Origin: Lobosporangium transversale
Taxonomy: Eukaryota
Direction of reading: 5' to 3'
NCBI RefSeq assembly: GCF_002105155.1
Contig: NW_019029003.1
Span: forward strand, 496,001 to 560,000
DNA length: 64,000 nt
A model generated the notes under the pieces. The model had not been told where the DNA came from and ran no database searches. It was given only the letters and a program-made list of their open reading frames with translations. Shown piece by piece: positions 1-13,744 of this stretch. Made by a program: the position numbers and the translations under genes. Each line of letters begins with the position of its first letter. The stretch's first letter is position 1.

Positions 1-888
1 AAAAGTAAGCACATAGCATCCGATGGGGAGCCTGTAAAACCGTAAGGATCTGTCATAGTGCTATCCTCATTGATTTGTTTTATCGATGAAAGAGCCTGAA
101 TAAAATCGAGGGTTACTTAGAGCTGGAGAAGCAAACGGATCCGATGCATGCATTCTAATTAAAGTTTTAGCAATCTAATAGCTTACAGCAATCGCCATGT
201 GGAGCAGAGTGGTTTGCTGTGCTACTGGGCGACGGGAAATGCCTTTAATCAATTGAGGCAAGGCTTCCAACTTGTCCTACGTTCATTTCAGTTTACCAAA
301 TCCCTTTCTACATTAGTATTGAGTGTTATAGGGAGCCCCTCTTTTTACGTTTGTGGATTGCGACCTCATTCACACAGATAATAAAGTCCTACCTGTAAGG
401 AAATACGTTCGTACCCTAGTTCAATATATATTAGAGTGAAGTTTTTGACAAGAGGAGAGCTACTGTCTGAGAATTGCTTCAGTAGTGCAGGGACAGGTAG
501 CTTGATCTCCGGTTTGGGTCTCACCCGTCTGTTGATGTGTGTCAGAATGCTCACCACCTTATAATATATTTAGCATTGATCAATAAGAATACCAAGTACC
601 ACAAAATCTACAAACGCAATTTGCATTATCAAGGTCGATATCTGTCTTACTTTTGCGCGCACGTTCTCAGCAGGACTTGCAAGCTTCAAGAGCACAGGAC
701 ATAAGAAAGTATTGAGAGTTTTTTCTAATTGAGCGTCACTCTCTGCTAAAGCAAACCGTAACTCGACATTGTCTAGGAGCTCTAATCAAAGGAAACAACC
801 CCTCATGCTGCGTTAGTAACATAACATTATTGTTGTAGAAAGTCTTTTGCCATCCAAATTATCCCGAACCTAAGTCTTTTTCGACCAT
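1..888 (-). CDS. ECM29: Proteasome adapter/scaffold ECM29, 5' exons (continues off the window's left edge)
   Basis: ATG at 888. Spliced GT-AG exons read MVEKDL|ELLDNVELRFALAESDAQLEKTLNTFLCPVLLKLASPAENVRAK|VVSILTHINRRVRPKPEIKLPVPALLKQF...KNFTLIYIELGYERI, matching the Ecm29 N-terminus. Confidence 0.85.
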
Positions 889-1234
889 GGTGTTATTGGT
901 AAGCTGAATAGTTTTGAGTTGAAAGAATTTCAAATGCAGACTGAGTTTGTATAAACGTGAATGTGAATGTGAATGTAGATGAATAGAAGAAATGCAGAAA
1001 AAGATAGGAGTGTATCTCTTCTCCAATTGGATACACGTAACAGCGACGCGCGTCAGTTACAGTCATATAATTTCGCCAACATTGCTGTTCTAGCTAAATC
1101 AATAATACTATTTGGTCAAAATAAGTGTGAAAGACCCTATTTATTTTTAGTTTGTCCACCTGATGTAATGTCGCCTTTCTTGCATTATTACGCACACATT
1201 CATTCGTTTTATTGCTTCCAAACAACCCTCAACA

Positions 1235-2277
1235 ATGAACACAGAACGACTTACATTAGCCAACGACTCTACACCGCCACGCTTCGCTCAGAGCTTTTGG
1301 GTAAGAGGGAATTCCCTTACGTATACTTTCCTGAAGCAATTTATTTAATACTTAACGATTGCATTCATACTCCATCTGGGAACTTTCGTTGTAGCAATAA
1401 TTACAACAGTATTGACCTTGTTACATAAGCGCCTTTCTAGGGAAAGGATGATGCCGGATACTCTGCACTTGCAACACGCATGCGCCACGCCAAACTGACT
1501 TGTCAAGAGGTCTTAGGCATGTTTCAGGCTCGGTGAGTTTAATATCCATCCAATTATTTCTCTGAGGAGTCATCTGAGGATCTACAAAAAGACTGCGACT
1601 ACAGTCTCATAAAGAATTCACCAACCAGCCTTAATTCCTCTATTAACGGCTGTTTGCTTGTCATGGGCTTCTTTATCACTATTATTTTGTGTCTAGCGCT
1701 GCCCTTGAAGAGGAATATGGAAAGAAATTAATCAAATTGTCAAAGTCGCCGCTGGGTAAAGACGAGCTAGGGTATGCAATATTGGTTTTCTGAGAATGAT
1801 GTAATGGCGCTCTGGAGACAACAATAGATACATGATGCATCTAAAATGACCTAGCGCCGACCAATGGTTTGAAAATAACGGACCTTTCTAGATCACTTCG
1901 CGATTCTCTTAATGTCGTCCGATATGAAATTGAAGCCACCGGAAAATCCCATGTTGAGCTGGCAGGCAAAATGCGTGATCAGTTGGAGCTTGCCCTTGCA
2001 GATTTTAATAACAGCCAAAAGGAGAAAAGAAAACTGGTAGAACTCTTTGTCTTGATGAGATTAGCAAACATTTGCGATAAATATTACTGCCTACTGAGAA
2101 CAAATTATGCTGACGGCAGAAATCCCGACCATACAATAACAATAGCATCAAACAGCGATCGATCGATCGTTCCGCAACAAACAGCTCTACTTACAACAGC
2201 TTGTTAAGGTATTGATGCTTTTGTGCTTTATCGTCGAGTAAAATTTATTTTATCTAACTTACAGATCCATGGACATA

Positions 2278-2323
<46 letters not shown>

Positions 2324-4063
2324 CGAAAGACAAGTATGATGCAGAATGTATTCGAACCAGGGGTCTTTCAGTTGCGAAAATGAACCTTGTAGGGAAGGAC
2401 CTTGATAAAGTCACCTTGAAAATGGAAAAAACTGAGCTGGCATCAAGGGCTGCAGGTATTACTCGATACTGGGCTCTTTCTTCCTTAAAATTGTCTACAC
2501 ATGCATCCTACAACTCATATGTTCTTTTTATGGCCGCATAGATATCGAATACCAAGCAAGCATTCGTCAATTAACAGAAATCAATGAAAAATGGATTTCA
2601 GATTGGCGCTCGGCGTGTGATGTATGTTTCAGGTGAACAGATTAAACTCGCCTAGAATGCTGTGTCTTCACCTGTGATCCTAATCTATTATGTCATTTCT
2701 TCAACAGAAATTTCAACTTCTTGAAGAGCAGAGAATAGATTACCTACGGACTACTCTTTGGAACTATGCCAATATCATATCGAGCGCATGTGTTGCGGAT
2801 GACGAGGTCAGTTGTGATACTTTCGGGCTTAACATTCACATGTACTAATTTGTTTATCCAGACTTATCATGGCTTCTTTGAATACCTATATCACATACCA
2901 GTCTTGCGAACGGATACGATCATCATTGGAGCTATGCGATGTCAATCAGAACTTGCAAAGTTTCATTGAGGAGTGTGCTACTGGAGAAGATGTACCTGAT
3001 ATTACTACCTATCTGAATCCAAAGTCTTCCGAAGGATCCGACAGTACAGTGGACAATACAATTACTCCTCGAGCATCAATGCAAGAGATAAGAGTCAGAA
3101 CTGTTTGTGGACCGCATCAGCCAATAATAAACAATAATGATTCGGGAGCATCCTCTCGCCCTCCACCAAGCCACTCAATAGACCATGGAGCCGACACAGG
3201 GATTAATCCAGGTTCACATGTTGAGGTGGCACTAGCAGTTGGTAATAACGTTTTCAAGCTGGATCCTCAAACTGCCGCTCTGATGGACCAAGATGACAGC
3301 GCCATTAAACCTCCGGCAGAAAATAATTCCACTCGGCAATTCACCAGAGATAGATCGCCATCCATTTCTACAGACAATAGTCTTGGAATATCCCTGGATG
3401 CTAGTGGCACTGTAAAGGAGAATAGATTCCCACATTGGCAGTCGCAAGCGCCATTACAGCCATCTTCAGCCTCATTTCCCACTACTCAGCCGACACTTGG
3501 AATATTGCATCCTCAATACCAAAACACCGTCAATAATACTAGCATCAATAGGTTGACTTCAACTGCTGCGCAAGGGTGCAATCAGACCATGTCTGCCCAG
3601 TCTGATGCCCCTTGGCCTAATACCCATGGCATGGATGCTACATTGCAGAATAGAAAAGCAAATAGCTCGTATAGTGGGTCTTCTGCCCCGATTCAGCACC
3701 AAACATCCTATCATGAATATGGTGGGGCCACAGAACAGAGTCACACGCAGGCTGGAACCCAATCTACGCATGATGGGCGGCGGATTCTTTTTTATGGTAG
3801 GTATCACTGCTACCACTTTTTCTTCGAATTGAAATGTCATCATTCTAATCACAGTCTGACTGTCTGGTATTTGCTCAATAACAGTTCGCGTAATGTATGA
3901 CTACGAGGCCACAATACCTGAAGAATTAAGTCTAAAGGAAGGGAATATCATCGCTGTGTTGCATACACGTGACGATGGCTGGTGGGAAGGCGATCTCATC
4001 GATGATAATCGAAACCATATGCGCGGTTTATTTCCAAGTAATTTCACGGAGCCAACTGAATAA
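1235..4063 (+). CDS. F-BAR (FCH) + C-terminal SH3 protein, Cdc15/Hof1/Imp2 (PSTPIP) family, multi-exon
   Basis: Exons give FAQSFW|GKDDAGYSAL...CQEVLGMFQAR|AALEEEYGKKLIKLSK (F-BAR), a low-complexity linker (ORF 2869-3900), and the SH3 VMYDYEATIPEELSLKEGNIIAVLHTRDDGWWEG...GLFPSNFTEPTE. Stop TAA at 4061-4063. Confidence 0.85.
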
Positions 4064-4079
4064 ATGCTAGTGTCATAGC

Positions 4080-7000
4080 TTAAATGTTTAATGACATGAC
4101 ATGATCGTAGACCGACAACTTGACAGCCTTGTCTCCTGTCCACTCAAATCGAACATGATTCAGCATAGATTCCTCTGATCCTAGATCATGTCGTTTTTTG
4201 ACAAGGAAAACATGTTAGTGCCTCAAATCCGTTAAATTTAGGAACGAGTGAGCTACCTCAATTACATACCAGCCGCTCTTGAGTCTTCTAGAGCAAAATC
4301 AATTTTACGGCTGGATTGCTGCGATGATAGAGAAGTCATGCTGTGGCTTTGTTTGCTGCCACCTACGGAGGTAGATTTAACTTGGGCCCATAGGCTATTG
4401 CCACCCATGAGCATACCAAAAAAGCCAGGGCTGGGATGCCAGAAGCGGACGGAGCGCTCTTTGATCGAGCACGATACGATTGTCTCACCATCCCGCGAGA
4501 ATGACACTGCTGATACTGATTTACTGTGGCCCTCTAGGATTTGCCAGCGAGTCGCTGTATGAAGGTCGTAAACAACAATGGCGCCTTCCAATGTACCTAC
4601 GGCTAGCTTTTGCGAGCCGGTGTGAAAGTCTAATTGGGGAAAAGAATGGACAAGATCCATCATAACGGAAGTGGCGACAGGAAGCAAGGACTCACGGGCT
4701 TGGGGAGCAATAGGATCAAGTGACTTTACGATGGCTTCAGTGAGTCGTGGAATACCTTTATACAACACGGCGGGATTCTATTAATTAGAATGATTACCAG
4801 CGATCAGACTGTCAGTACGATTGAGCATCTTTTAACTTGTGCAGCAACGGTGCCCATCTACGTAGTCGTAACGATTGCATCACTCTACGATATGTTGATC
4901 ATTACTTTTCGTGAAAAAATAGAGACAAGCTTTAGAAGACCTGCTCGATCAGCCTGTTTCTTGACATCCAAAATATCCTGCGTCAAAGTAGTCACAAAGA
5001 GAGTAGGATTGATGGCAGCGATTCGAGCAATGGCTCGGCGTGCCCTACGGGAAACTAGGGTATTATAGGACTGTGAATCCATTGCCATAGTAAATAGTGT
5101 GTGCAGTACTGCATCTGCGCGAATGAATGGCTGCCACGACCCAAATCCTTGAGATAGTAGATCAATCGAGGCAATTCTGTATGATAGACGAGTATCGTCA
5201 TTGAGAAGGATCGTCAGTGACAAAGCCACCAATTTCCGCACCCTATTTGACAATCAAAAATTTAATAAGCATTGTGAATTAATTATAAAGCATTCGAATT
5301 TTTATCTTTTGACATACGTTTCGGGCAAAGCATCTGCGTTTTCGGCTCCAATGATCCCTAGAATGATAGCGGAGCGAGCCATGTACTGACTTGAGCATGT
5401 GTCTGGCAGAGCTGCTGCTGGTACTAATAGAAGTGGGGGAATCATTAGTTTCGATCGAATAGCAAAGTTATTATCAGAATGATCATCACCGGATACCTAC
5501 TTACAGTATACAGACCAGTACTTTACTAGCGATGAGATCTCAGCTTTTGACATCCGCTCAATTGTGGAGAGCAAAATTATTCTCGCTGCCTCTTGAATCT
5601 CCACTGAAGTATGTTATAGAGGACTATAGTGAGTACAGTCTTCCGAGAAATAGTAGGGGCTCTGGATATATTTCATCAATAAGACCAGGTCGTTTTCATT
5701 CACTCACTTTGAGGATCTTGCCAGTACTTCGCTAAATAAGAAAGTGAAGGTGGACAGTAATTCGCCCCAATTGAATCTTGGACAGCACTGCAATAATCCT
5801 TTGGCCAGATGTCCATGTCAACACTAAGGTTGCACACCGACACCACAATCTTAGTCAAAGAAAGGATAGTAATAAGTTTGGAGGCCGTCATTGTAGGTGA
5901 TATGCACCAAGAAGTGGTGTCACAATTATGCGCAGGCGCCTGAATTGATATATTTCCATAGGCACTATAAAACACAGATAGAAATAATTGAAGATTCAAT
6001 ACCAGTCATGATTATTGTTGCCACGCACACTATACTGATGACCTTTTTTGCTCTCAATCGTACCCTCGCATTCCAAATGCAGCAGATCGAACTGGCTGCG
6101 ATAATCCGAGCGAATTCCGAATTGAAATCGCATGAGCATTATCTTCAGTGATCATCAAACTTAAAATTCTCTTCGCTGCATCCAAGCATTTCTGAATATC
6201 ATCTGAACGAGTAACTGGTTGATCTACTGCCTTCGCCTTGGATTTAGTAGAGGACCTCCACTGCCCAATAAGCATTCCTCGACGGGCAGGTGTTTTAACA
6301 TCAGCCGTATTCGATGGCTGAGAGGCGAGATTAGGGACTGCAATGTAATCTTGCTGCTCTGCTACGCGAGCCGGAGCTAATATACTAAGAATTTGCTTGA
6401 GGTTGACGATAATAGTCTGCACGCAAACTAAAGATAGAGTCCGTATGTTAAAGCCTGTTGATCATGACTTTTATGATCGCATTACGCGTATTTCTTACCT
6501 GTGCCACTGAGCCATGTAGTAATGCAGTCAAATGCTAATTTAGAGGAGTTCGACCGCGTATGGACGATGTCACTTGGAACAAAAGAGCGATGGTAGTTAG
6601 TTATCAATATGGATTGCAAACCATTAGTTCGGCGCTGATTCTCTATTACAGACTCACCAATTTTTCCAGCGAGGATCCATTATTATTTCACGAGCAGAAT
6701 CTCCTCTGACAGTACGATCTAGATGGCCGGTTTGCATCTGTTCAGAAATTATCAGAGGGTATAAATAAAAACATGATTGATGAATTTGCACAAATGAAAT
6801 CTCTAGGCCACTGATTTGAATCGCTTGATCCTACCTGCCAAATAAATGCCGTCGCGTCCGCATACCATAGCACAATGTAATCTTCTGATGGCCTCCACTG
6901 AATTGATAGCAGAGCATGCTCATAGCCTCCAAAAAGATAGATGCTGTAGTGGACAAGAAAAAAATATCAGCTCGCCTTCCTATGCACATCACTACATGAC

Positions 7001-9649
7001 GTGTTAATCCGTGAATTATCCTTACCAGCTCATCTCTTCGATTGAAATGATGGCAATTGAGCAGTCTTGCGCTACAGATATCACACTTCTCCTAATCCTT
7101 GAATTAACATCGTCAGGGACTTGTAGGAAGTGGGCAATTGGTCTACTATGGTTGTTAAAACATGCAATCTCGGCACCTGAACTGAAATGAATTCATAAAG
7201 GAAACAGGTTAAGGAGAAGTTGCGAAAAATACCACATTTAATTCACCGTATTTGATGCGTGAGACAAGTTCCGTATTGCGCCATTTTGAGTTCTTACTCA
7301 ATGCTCCATATCCTGGCAGAGCAATCCTCGCCGCCTGACATTAAGAAGGAGCGTTGCATTAGGTCATCGGATGTGAAAATAGTAGTAATGGCTCCTACAT
7401 GCCCTCTCAAAATCATTATTTCCTCTGAGGGCAATGATTCGAGTGTAAGAGTTAAGGCTAGTAACGCCTGGTCTACAGATATTATCCAAACATGACCTGA
7501 TACTAACATAAGCAAAACATATATTAGTGCTTCTGGTTCCCAAAAAATGTCATTTCAACAATATGTCGAGTGATGAAACCTACTGTCACCCAATGCTATC
7601 AAGACATCGGTAAGCATCATGGAACAACTTATAGAGGGCTTTAGAATGGGCCCAGCGCTGTTGAAATCCCATTGAATATGCGACTCGTAGATATGGGGAG
7701 CTATATGTAATAACAAATACAGTTAGTGTGTATGCTTTTATGACCACTTGCATTAGATTCAGTATATGTCACCAACAGTACCTTGTTCATCATTGTCTCC
7801 GCATGGCAGTCGAGCTAGGGAGTACTCGAGCCCCACAGAAGCATTTCGAAGACATAGTACATATTGTAACTCATTACTCCTTAGGATAGTCACGGTGGGG
7901 CGGTACCCCAATCGGATATTAAATTCGGAAACTGAGGAGCTTTGGTTAAGGCAAGTTCTGAATGCGATTATGAGAAATGATGCCGCATTAAACACCATTA
8001 CCTTGCACCGCCGAATCTGACATATCCCTATTATTAAATCCAGGTTGTTAACGCGTCCGATGTCTCATGCCAAAATACCATGAAAGACCGCTACCATCGA
8101 CATCTTACCTTACGTCTGTGGATAGAGTTGACACATCCACATCTATCTGCTCACTGGCTAGCTGTGGCCCTCTGAGTGAATATACACGAACTCGGCCCAA
8201 CTATTTGATTTCCACCGTAAAAAGCACACTGTCAATCTCATTACTGACTTACTGACTTTAGTTACAAATTTGAACCCAAAGCAGATGAACCTTACTTCTG
8301 TCCACAGCACAATTTGCTCCGAGCTAATAAATTCTGCGCCTGCAAATGGCTCCTTTTCGGGGCATGGTATACTGCAGCATATATTGTTGTGAGATTGTAG
8401 CGAATACACCTACATATGAAATTTTCTAGTTAGAATGACAGCTCCTAGGCTGTGCGGGGAACAGATCTTATTTTTATACCTGAATAAGACTCCTTGTCAC
8501 CAAGGCAACCCTGGACGCTTCGTAGCGACATGATACTAAGGAAACTACACTGTCTTCTGTTTTTGTACAGATGTCGTATGTTTTGGACTTGATCACTGTC
8601 AAACTAGATGTGTCAAAAACCCAAATCGAAATCTTGCAGTCTGTGGAAACAGATAATATTCGACTCTGATGATATTCTGAAAATAAAAATGTTCAGCTTC
8701 GGTATTGAGATTGGGCCATGATATATTTTTTACAAACAAATATTGCTGTCCTAGGAAGCATACCATCGCTTGGCAATGCAGTGCAATAAACCCAGTCTAA
8801 GTGACCTCCCCAAACACGAACCACCTCCAAAGAAGTTGAATCCAATATGCATGCTTCATTTGAAGTACCAGCGCATATAATAAAGTTGGGACCAGATCCT
8901 GACTGTTGTGACATATAGAAAATTAGTGTAAGCCATTTAGAGAACCGTTTCAATAATAATACATCACATTACAACAACGACAGTTTACTGTACTTCATAA
9001 CAAGTGATACCTTTTTGAGGGATGAGATCACTCCTAGATACGTCGGCACGCCGATGAACGCGTCAGGGTTGGATTGCAGGCATCGTCCATCAGCGAGGCT
9101 CCATTTTTTCACTTCGCTAAAAAAGGTTTGCGCAACTTAATTGTCTGAGCACAAAGGATACATCATTTTAAATAGCCCTCACTAATATAATATTATAACA
9201 TACCCGTCCTCCGATGCACTAATGAGAATCCATTCGCTTGCTGACATTGTTGCACCTTCAACTAACATTGCTTCTAACGCAGTAATGCGGGCATTGTGTC
9301 CTATGAGAAGAGTAGTAGGCTTAAACTGCAAGGTGGATAAAATCATTTACAAATTGACCGTCAATTACTCCAGTCCTGTCTGTCGGACACCATTGGCATC
9401 TTTATCTTTGATATCCAAGATCCTGACCCCAGTCAAGTATTTGTAATAAAATATACGTAATTCGTCTGCTCGTCTACTTGCCTTGATTGTCAAGGTATTC
9501 TCAAACTGACAAATGGTAAACACCCAGATGAGTCCGTCTTCGAGTCCGGTCACGACATATTGAGCACAGGCGAGAGACACAGACACGGTTGCGATGGGTT
9601 CCACGCCAGTCCAAAATGCGATTGGGAATGACAGAGCAGCGGACGCCAT
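4080..9649 (-). CDS. WDR7: Large WD40-repeat protein, WDR7/rabconnectin-3 beta-like, many exons
   Basis: Starts MASAALSFPIAFWTG (ATG 9649). WD repeats include LRGHVGAITT...LMSGGEDCSARIW and LEGHSKSVSAVSFSRDG...VRFW. The last exon after the acceptor near 4181 reads GSEESMLNHVRFEWTGDKAVKLSVYDHVMSLNI*, with TAA at 4082-4080. Confidence 0.75.
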
Positions 9650-12122
9650 TTGTCCAAAACGTTGAGTTCTCAAGAGCTCATTCAAATATTCATGTACTTC
9701 AAATAATCAAAATTTTTAGAATTTCAGACGTCACCCGCCCAAGCTGCTGGTCGTACTTTATAAGCATTAGAAGCGCTTTCAGGAGTAGAAAGCGCTTTAT
9801 TTTAAGTATTGCGTTGATTTTCTTGAGTGAGCAAAGTAGGATAAGGCGACCGTTCGGACTCTATATGGTCCTGTATAAACCTGAACACTGCCACATGTCA
9901 TTGACTTCTCTACGTCCCTTAAACAATACTCTTTGCATACACCTGAACTTTTGCAAGGGGTGTGTCAATATTCGACAAACATGTAAGATTTGATGGCTAC
10001 GTCGCAGTCTTTGAATTGTGGAAGCGCTGAAGTATGCGGAAAACGGGAACCATTTGTGTTTTTACTAGCAACAGGCGCAGCTTCAAAAAGTTTGCCTCCA
10101 AAGAACAAATCCCATATCCTCCATTGCTCAAAAGAGACAATGCTGTCTTTTCTGCGTCCCAAAAGCACGCCATAATTTTATTGAAGCGTCCAGAGGCATT
10201 ATTTGTCTCATGGTTGAGAATTAACAGACTTTCAGCCAAGTTTTGTTGTTTTGAACAACATGGTGAATCCTGTCCATTCTAAGTAGTCTCTCTGGATGGC
10301 AGCTATTCAAGGGATGCTAACCAATTCCGCTAAATACGGTTAAATCAAGACAGATTTGGAGAATCAACAAGCATCGTGTTGTCACCTAGGATGAGTGTAG
10401 AAAGCCAAGGCATGAGAGAGTAGACCAAGACTGCTCATATAAGAAGATCGATAATCCAACATCAAACAAGGGAATTGATCATTCTATTATACATTTATTA
10501 ATGAAAGACCTTTGAGATCCTTATCCATCATGGTGCACCATCTAGTGAATACATATATTTCTTTTTTATTTTGGAATAATAACAGCATTTTTGTGCGATA
10601 GAAAATCTCGACATAGTAGACAGTTAAACACCAAAAAAAGCTGCCTCCATTAAGAAACAAAGATCTATCGAGGTCTCTCTGATACTATAAAGTTTGGCCT
10701 GCTGAACAGCTCGGTCGCAATGAGAAGTAGCCCTGTTAGATATTTCAACCGGCTATTGGGAGACCTAGGACCCTCAATAGAGAGTGCTGACAATACCACC
10801 TTCCATTCATAGGTGCTAAACCGGGGTCATAACTGTTATAGAAGGCAATTTACGGTCTAAATAAAACACTCATTACACAGCACTCCTTCAAAATCCCTCT
10901 ATTTCAGTCGATTTTAGTAACGATGCCCGCTCAAACACCAGTAGCATTTTTCTGCTTTTGTTAAAGAAGATTATGTATGTTGGTGAATGATCGATTCAAA
11001 TGATCGTCAGCTCCACGACAGTCCCTCTCTGGAGCCTTTTAAACCCTTCCCCATACCGTGCAGTAGGATGACATGACTGGATCATTTGTAGTGATGCTAC
11101 CGCTGTATATACCCCTATTGAGCTTCAGCTATCACTTTAGTTATCCTTCAATTTGTGTGTTCGATACCTGTTACAATTCGCCGCTGAAAAAGCCGACAGC
11201 GTCTGCCGTGTATCCTTGCGAGAGATGGGCACTGCTTACGAAAAAGGCAAAATAACATTTGTTTATTTAGCCGGTTAATTTCTTTGAAACATGCTCTTGC
11301 CTACAGCGTGGATATCGGCAAGATAGCTTAAGAAAAGGAAACCCAAATATTTAGTAGAAAAGATTACGGCTATTTTTGGTCGCAATTCAAGGAGAATGGG
11401 TGTCATTAGACTCTGTATAGAGCAAGTAAGTGGAGCTCGATTCCAAAGTATTCCTTGGACTGATTTTATTCATTTAGCTTTCATCACTCATGAGTAGGTC
11501 AGATCCAACTCTCTGTGCTTTCATCATAGTTATGAGGCATTGCCGATGTTCTTACTTGATAGACTTTTTTTTTCACATTACTTGATATCGTTGGTTTAAT
11601 TATGGTCACGTTGGGTCGACTATAAAATGAGTAAGCAGTTCAGGGAACTCTGGCTCTTTGTTCCTTCTTTTGTATACAGAACCAATAGAGTACCGACTGC
11701 CCTCGTTCAGACTTTTGTATTGTGCTATTTGTGTTCGAAGAAGTAATTTTCATATCTCTGTAGCTGGAAGCGACCGGCTTCACAAACCATCCGAAATCTC
11801 CTGTCCAGTCAGCCCCTAAACTTCCTAACAATATGTTAAACACGGATTGGTGCAATCTCCATGGAGGTAAAAAATCAGTAAAATAATCAGCAAAAACCAT
11901 ATATCAAGCTATATCATTGCCCTCGAGGAATCACAGTACCCCATTTTCCTACCTATGAATATCTGTGGGATAGCATTTCTGAGCATAATTTAAGCTTGGC
12001 TCTTTGTTTGTTTAAATGTTTCACTACATCACACAGTGTCCCGCACAGCACCTCGCACAGCACCTGTAAGGCGGCTGAACTTGTACCGGATATGAGGCTG
12101 CTTGGGCCCTCTCAAATTAAGG

Positions 12123-12180
12123 ATTGGAGCCATTGGAGCTATTGGAGTCATTGGAGCAAGACGCAACAAAAAATATAAAA
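12123..12180 (+). promoter_or_regulatory. Four ATTGG (reverse CCAAT) boxes in a 9-bp tandem repeat, followed by a TATA box
   Basis: ATTGG at 12123, 12132, 12141 and 12150 (unit ATTGGAGyn); TATAAAA at 12174-12180, upstream of the PQ-loop ORF. Confidence 0.45.
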
Positions 12181-12190
12181 GGAGATGTAA

Positions 12191-13096
12191 ATGAAAAAGC
12201 GAGCATTTATTCCCTTCAACATGGCTACTCTCCAAGCCAACTGCGACGATCGCCTGCCAATCTGGCTTTGCGTAGCCGCAAATGTCTGTGGATATGTGAG
12301 CAATACAATCTGGTTTATCGTTCTCCTCCCACAGATTATTAAAAACTACCGTCGAAAATCCACTGCTGGTCTCAGCTTTATTTGGGCCTCTTGTAATTTC
12401 TGCGCCAGTCTCATCAACCTTTTTTTCATACTCGACATCGACGTCCCATTGTTTACCAGAATAAGTGGATGGTACATGCCGATACTCGAAATTGTGATGC
12501 TCTTCCAGTTTGTACTATACTCCAAAGTATCAATGTCCAGAAAGCTCCCGCTTGTCTTAATCTCTTTGACAATATATTCAGCAGTTATAGCCGTGGAATG
12601 CACGAAAGCATTTGGTGAAGACACATCGTCCAAGCTCGTGTGGGTGTCAATTGTACTTTGGTCCATCGAGACATACTTCCAAGTCTTATTGAACATGAAA
12701 AGGCGATCTGTTGATGGCCAGTCATACATATCTCTGGGGTTATCTTTGATGGGCAAGACCACCGATGTCATCATGCAATTCACATTGAAAATGCCTTTGC
12801 AGTATACATACATGACATATTTTTCTTCAACATTGGCATATTTCAATATCATACAACTAGTCATATATACCCCGCGTAGATGGTACACCACACTTGTAGT
12901 GTCTACATTAAGTCTTATGCTCTGTGTATTCGTAGTACTTCTAATACTTAGAACATCTATACTCAGTATTTTATGTCCAATTGGTATTTCAGTGTTCCTT
13001 ATTGGAGGGTTCATAACGATACGCCGCCAATTCCACAAAGAGACCACACAATCCAAGCTTAGCTCCGCGGGAGAAGAAGAGGATAGTATTAAATAA
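12191..13096 (+). CDS. PQ-loop repeat (7-TM) membrane transporter, intronless; true start probably ATG 12221
   Basis: Motif LLPQIIKNYRRKSTAGLS, a second degenerate repeat YFQVLLNMKRRSVDGQS, and about 7 hydrophobic segments. ATG 12191 is only 10 nt after the TATA box. Confidence 0.85.
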   Translation: MKKRAFIPFNMATLQANCDDRLPIWLCVAANVCGYVSNTIWFIVLLPQIIKNYRRKSTAGLSFIWASCNFCASLINLFFILDIDVPLFTRISGWYMPILEIVMLFQFVLYSKVSMSRKLPLVLISLTIYSAVIAVECTKAFGEDTSSKLVWVSIVLWSIETYFQVLLNMKRRSVDGQSYISLGLSLMGKTTDVIMQFTLKMPLQYTYMTYFSSTLAYFNIIQLVIYTPRRWYTTLVVSTLSLMLCVFVVLLILRTSILSILCPIGISVFLIGGFITIRRQFHKETTQSKLSSAGEEEDSIK

Positions 13097-13710
13097 AATA
13101 ATCTTTGTTTTTCCAGGAAATGGGTTCAGTTGTCGCTCTTTGCTCCAACAGCTCCAGTGCTTTTGCGTTAAAGCAGAGACATTCGTTGGCTTTCAGATTC
13201 CGGAATCAATGACGGAAATAGGAGTGACGTTATTGCTTGCGTTTATTGGTTGGAGTAAAAGCTATCTAATCTTCTTCTTGTTAGACGGCGCCTTGTTAAT
13301 GATCTTGTAGAAGGGAGTGGTGATTTTGGCGGCCGTTTGGTGTGTGCATGTGTGTAAATTTGGTAGTCGACACCAAGCACAAAAACATTTGCATAAAGAA
13401 ATAATATCAACATGATATACTGAGTTCCTTTCCTGAAAATTTGTTACAGCCATGGCAAAGGTGTCTGCACGATTGTGGAGTTACCGCCAAAATAAAGTTT
13501 GCTTATTTCTTCTGGAGGCTCCATTGGAAATGCTTGTTTTGGCTCCCGTTTGATTCGAATTGTCTAGGAAACAAAAACAAAAATACACCGCGATGCAAAA
13601 TGTGTTTCTAAATGTACAGAAAGCAAAGAGACGATTCAACTATTTGTTCAATAGCCTGGTACATGTTCGTGTACACCACAGAGCTGACAGTGATGAATAA
13701 AAAAAGAATC

Positions 13711-13744
<34 letters not shown>

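Noticed and set aside
9152..9161. U12-type donor GTATCCTTT in the WDR7-like gene
   Set aside because: It lies inside an ordinary GT-AG intron, and using it would bring in an in-frame stop.
9771..9797. 10-bp hairpin AAGCGCTTTC/GAAAGCGCTT as a terminator or TE end
   Set aside because: Isolated, with no TSD or partner; at most a promoter palindrome.
12346..13056. 236-aa antisense ORF
   Set aside because: Shadow of the PQ-loop gene, with no recognisable motifs.
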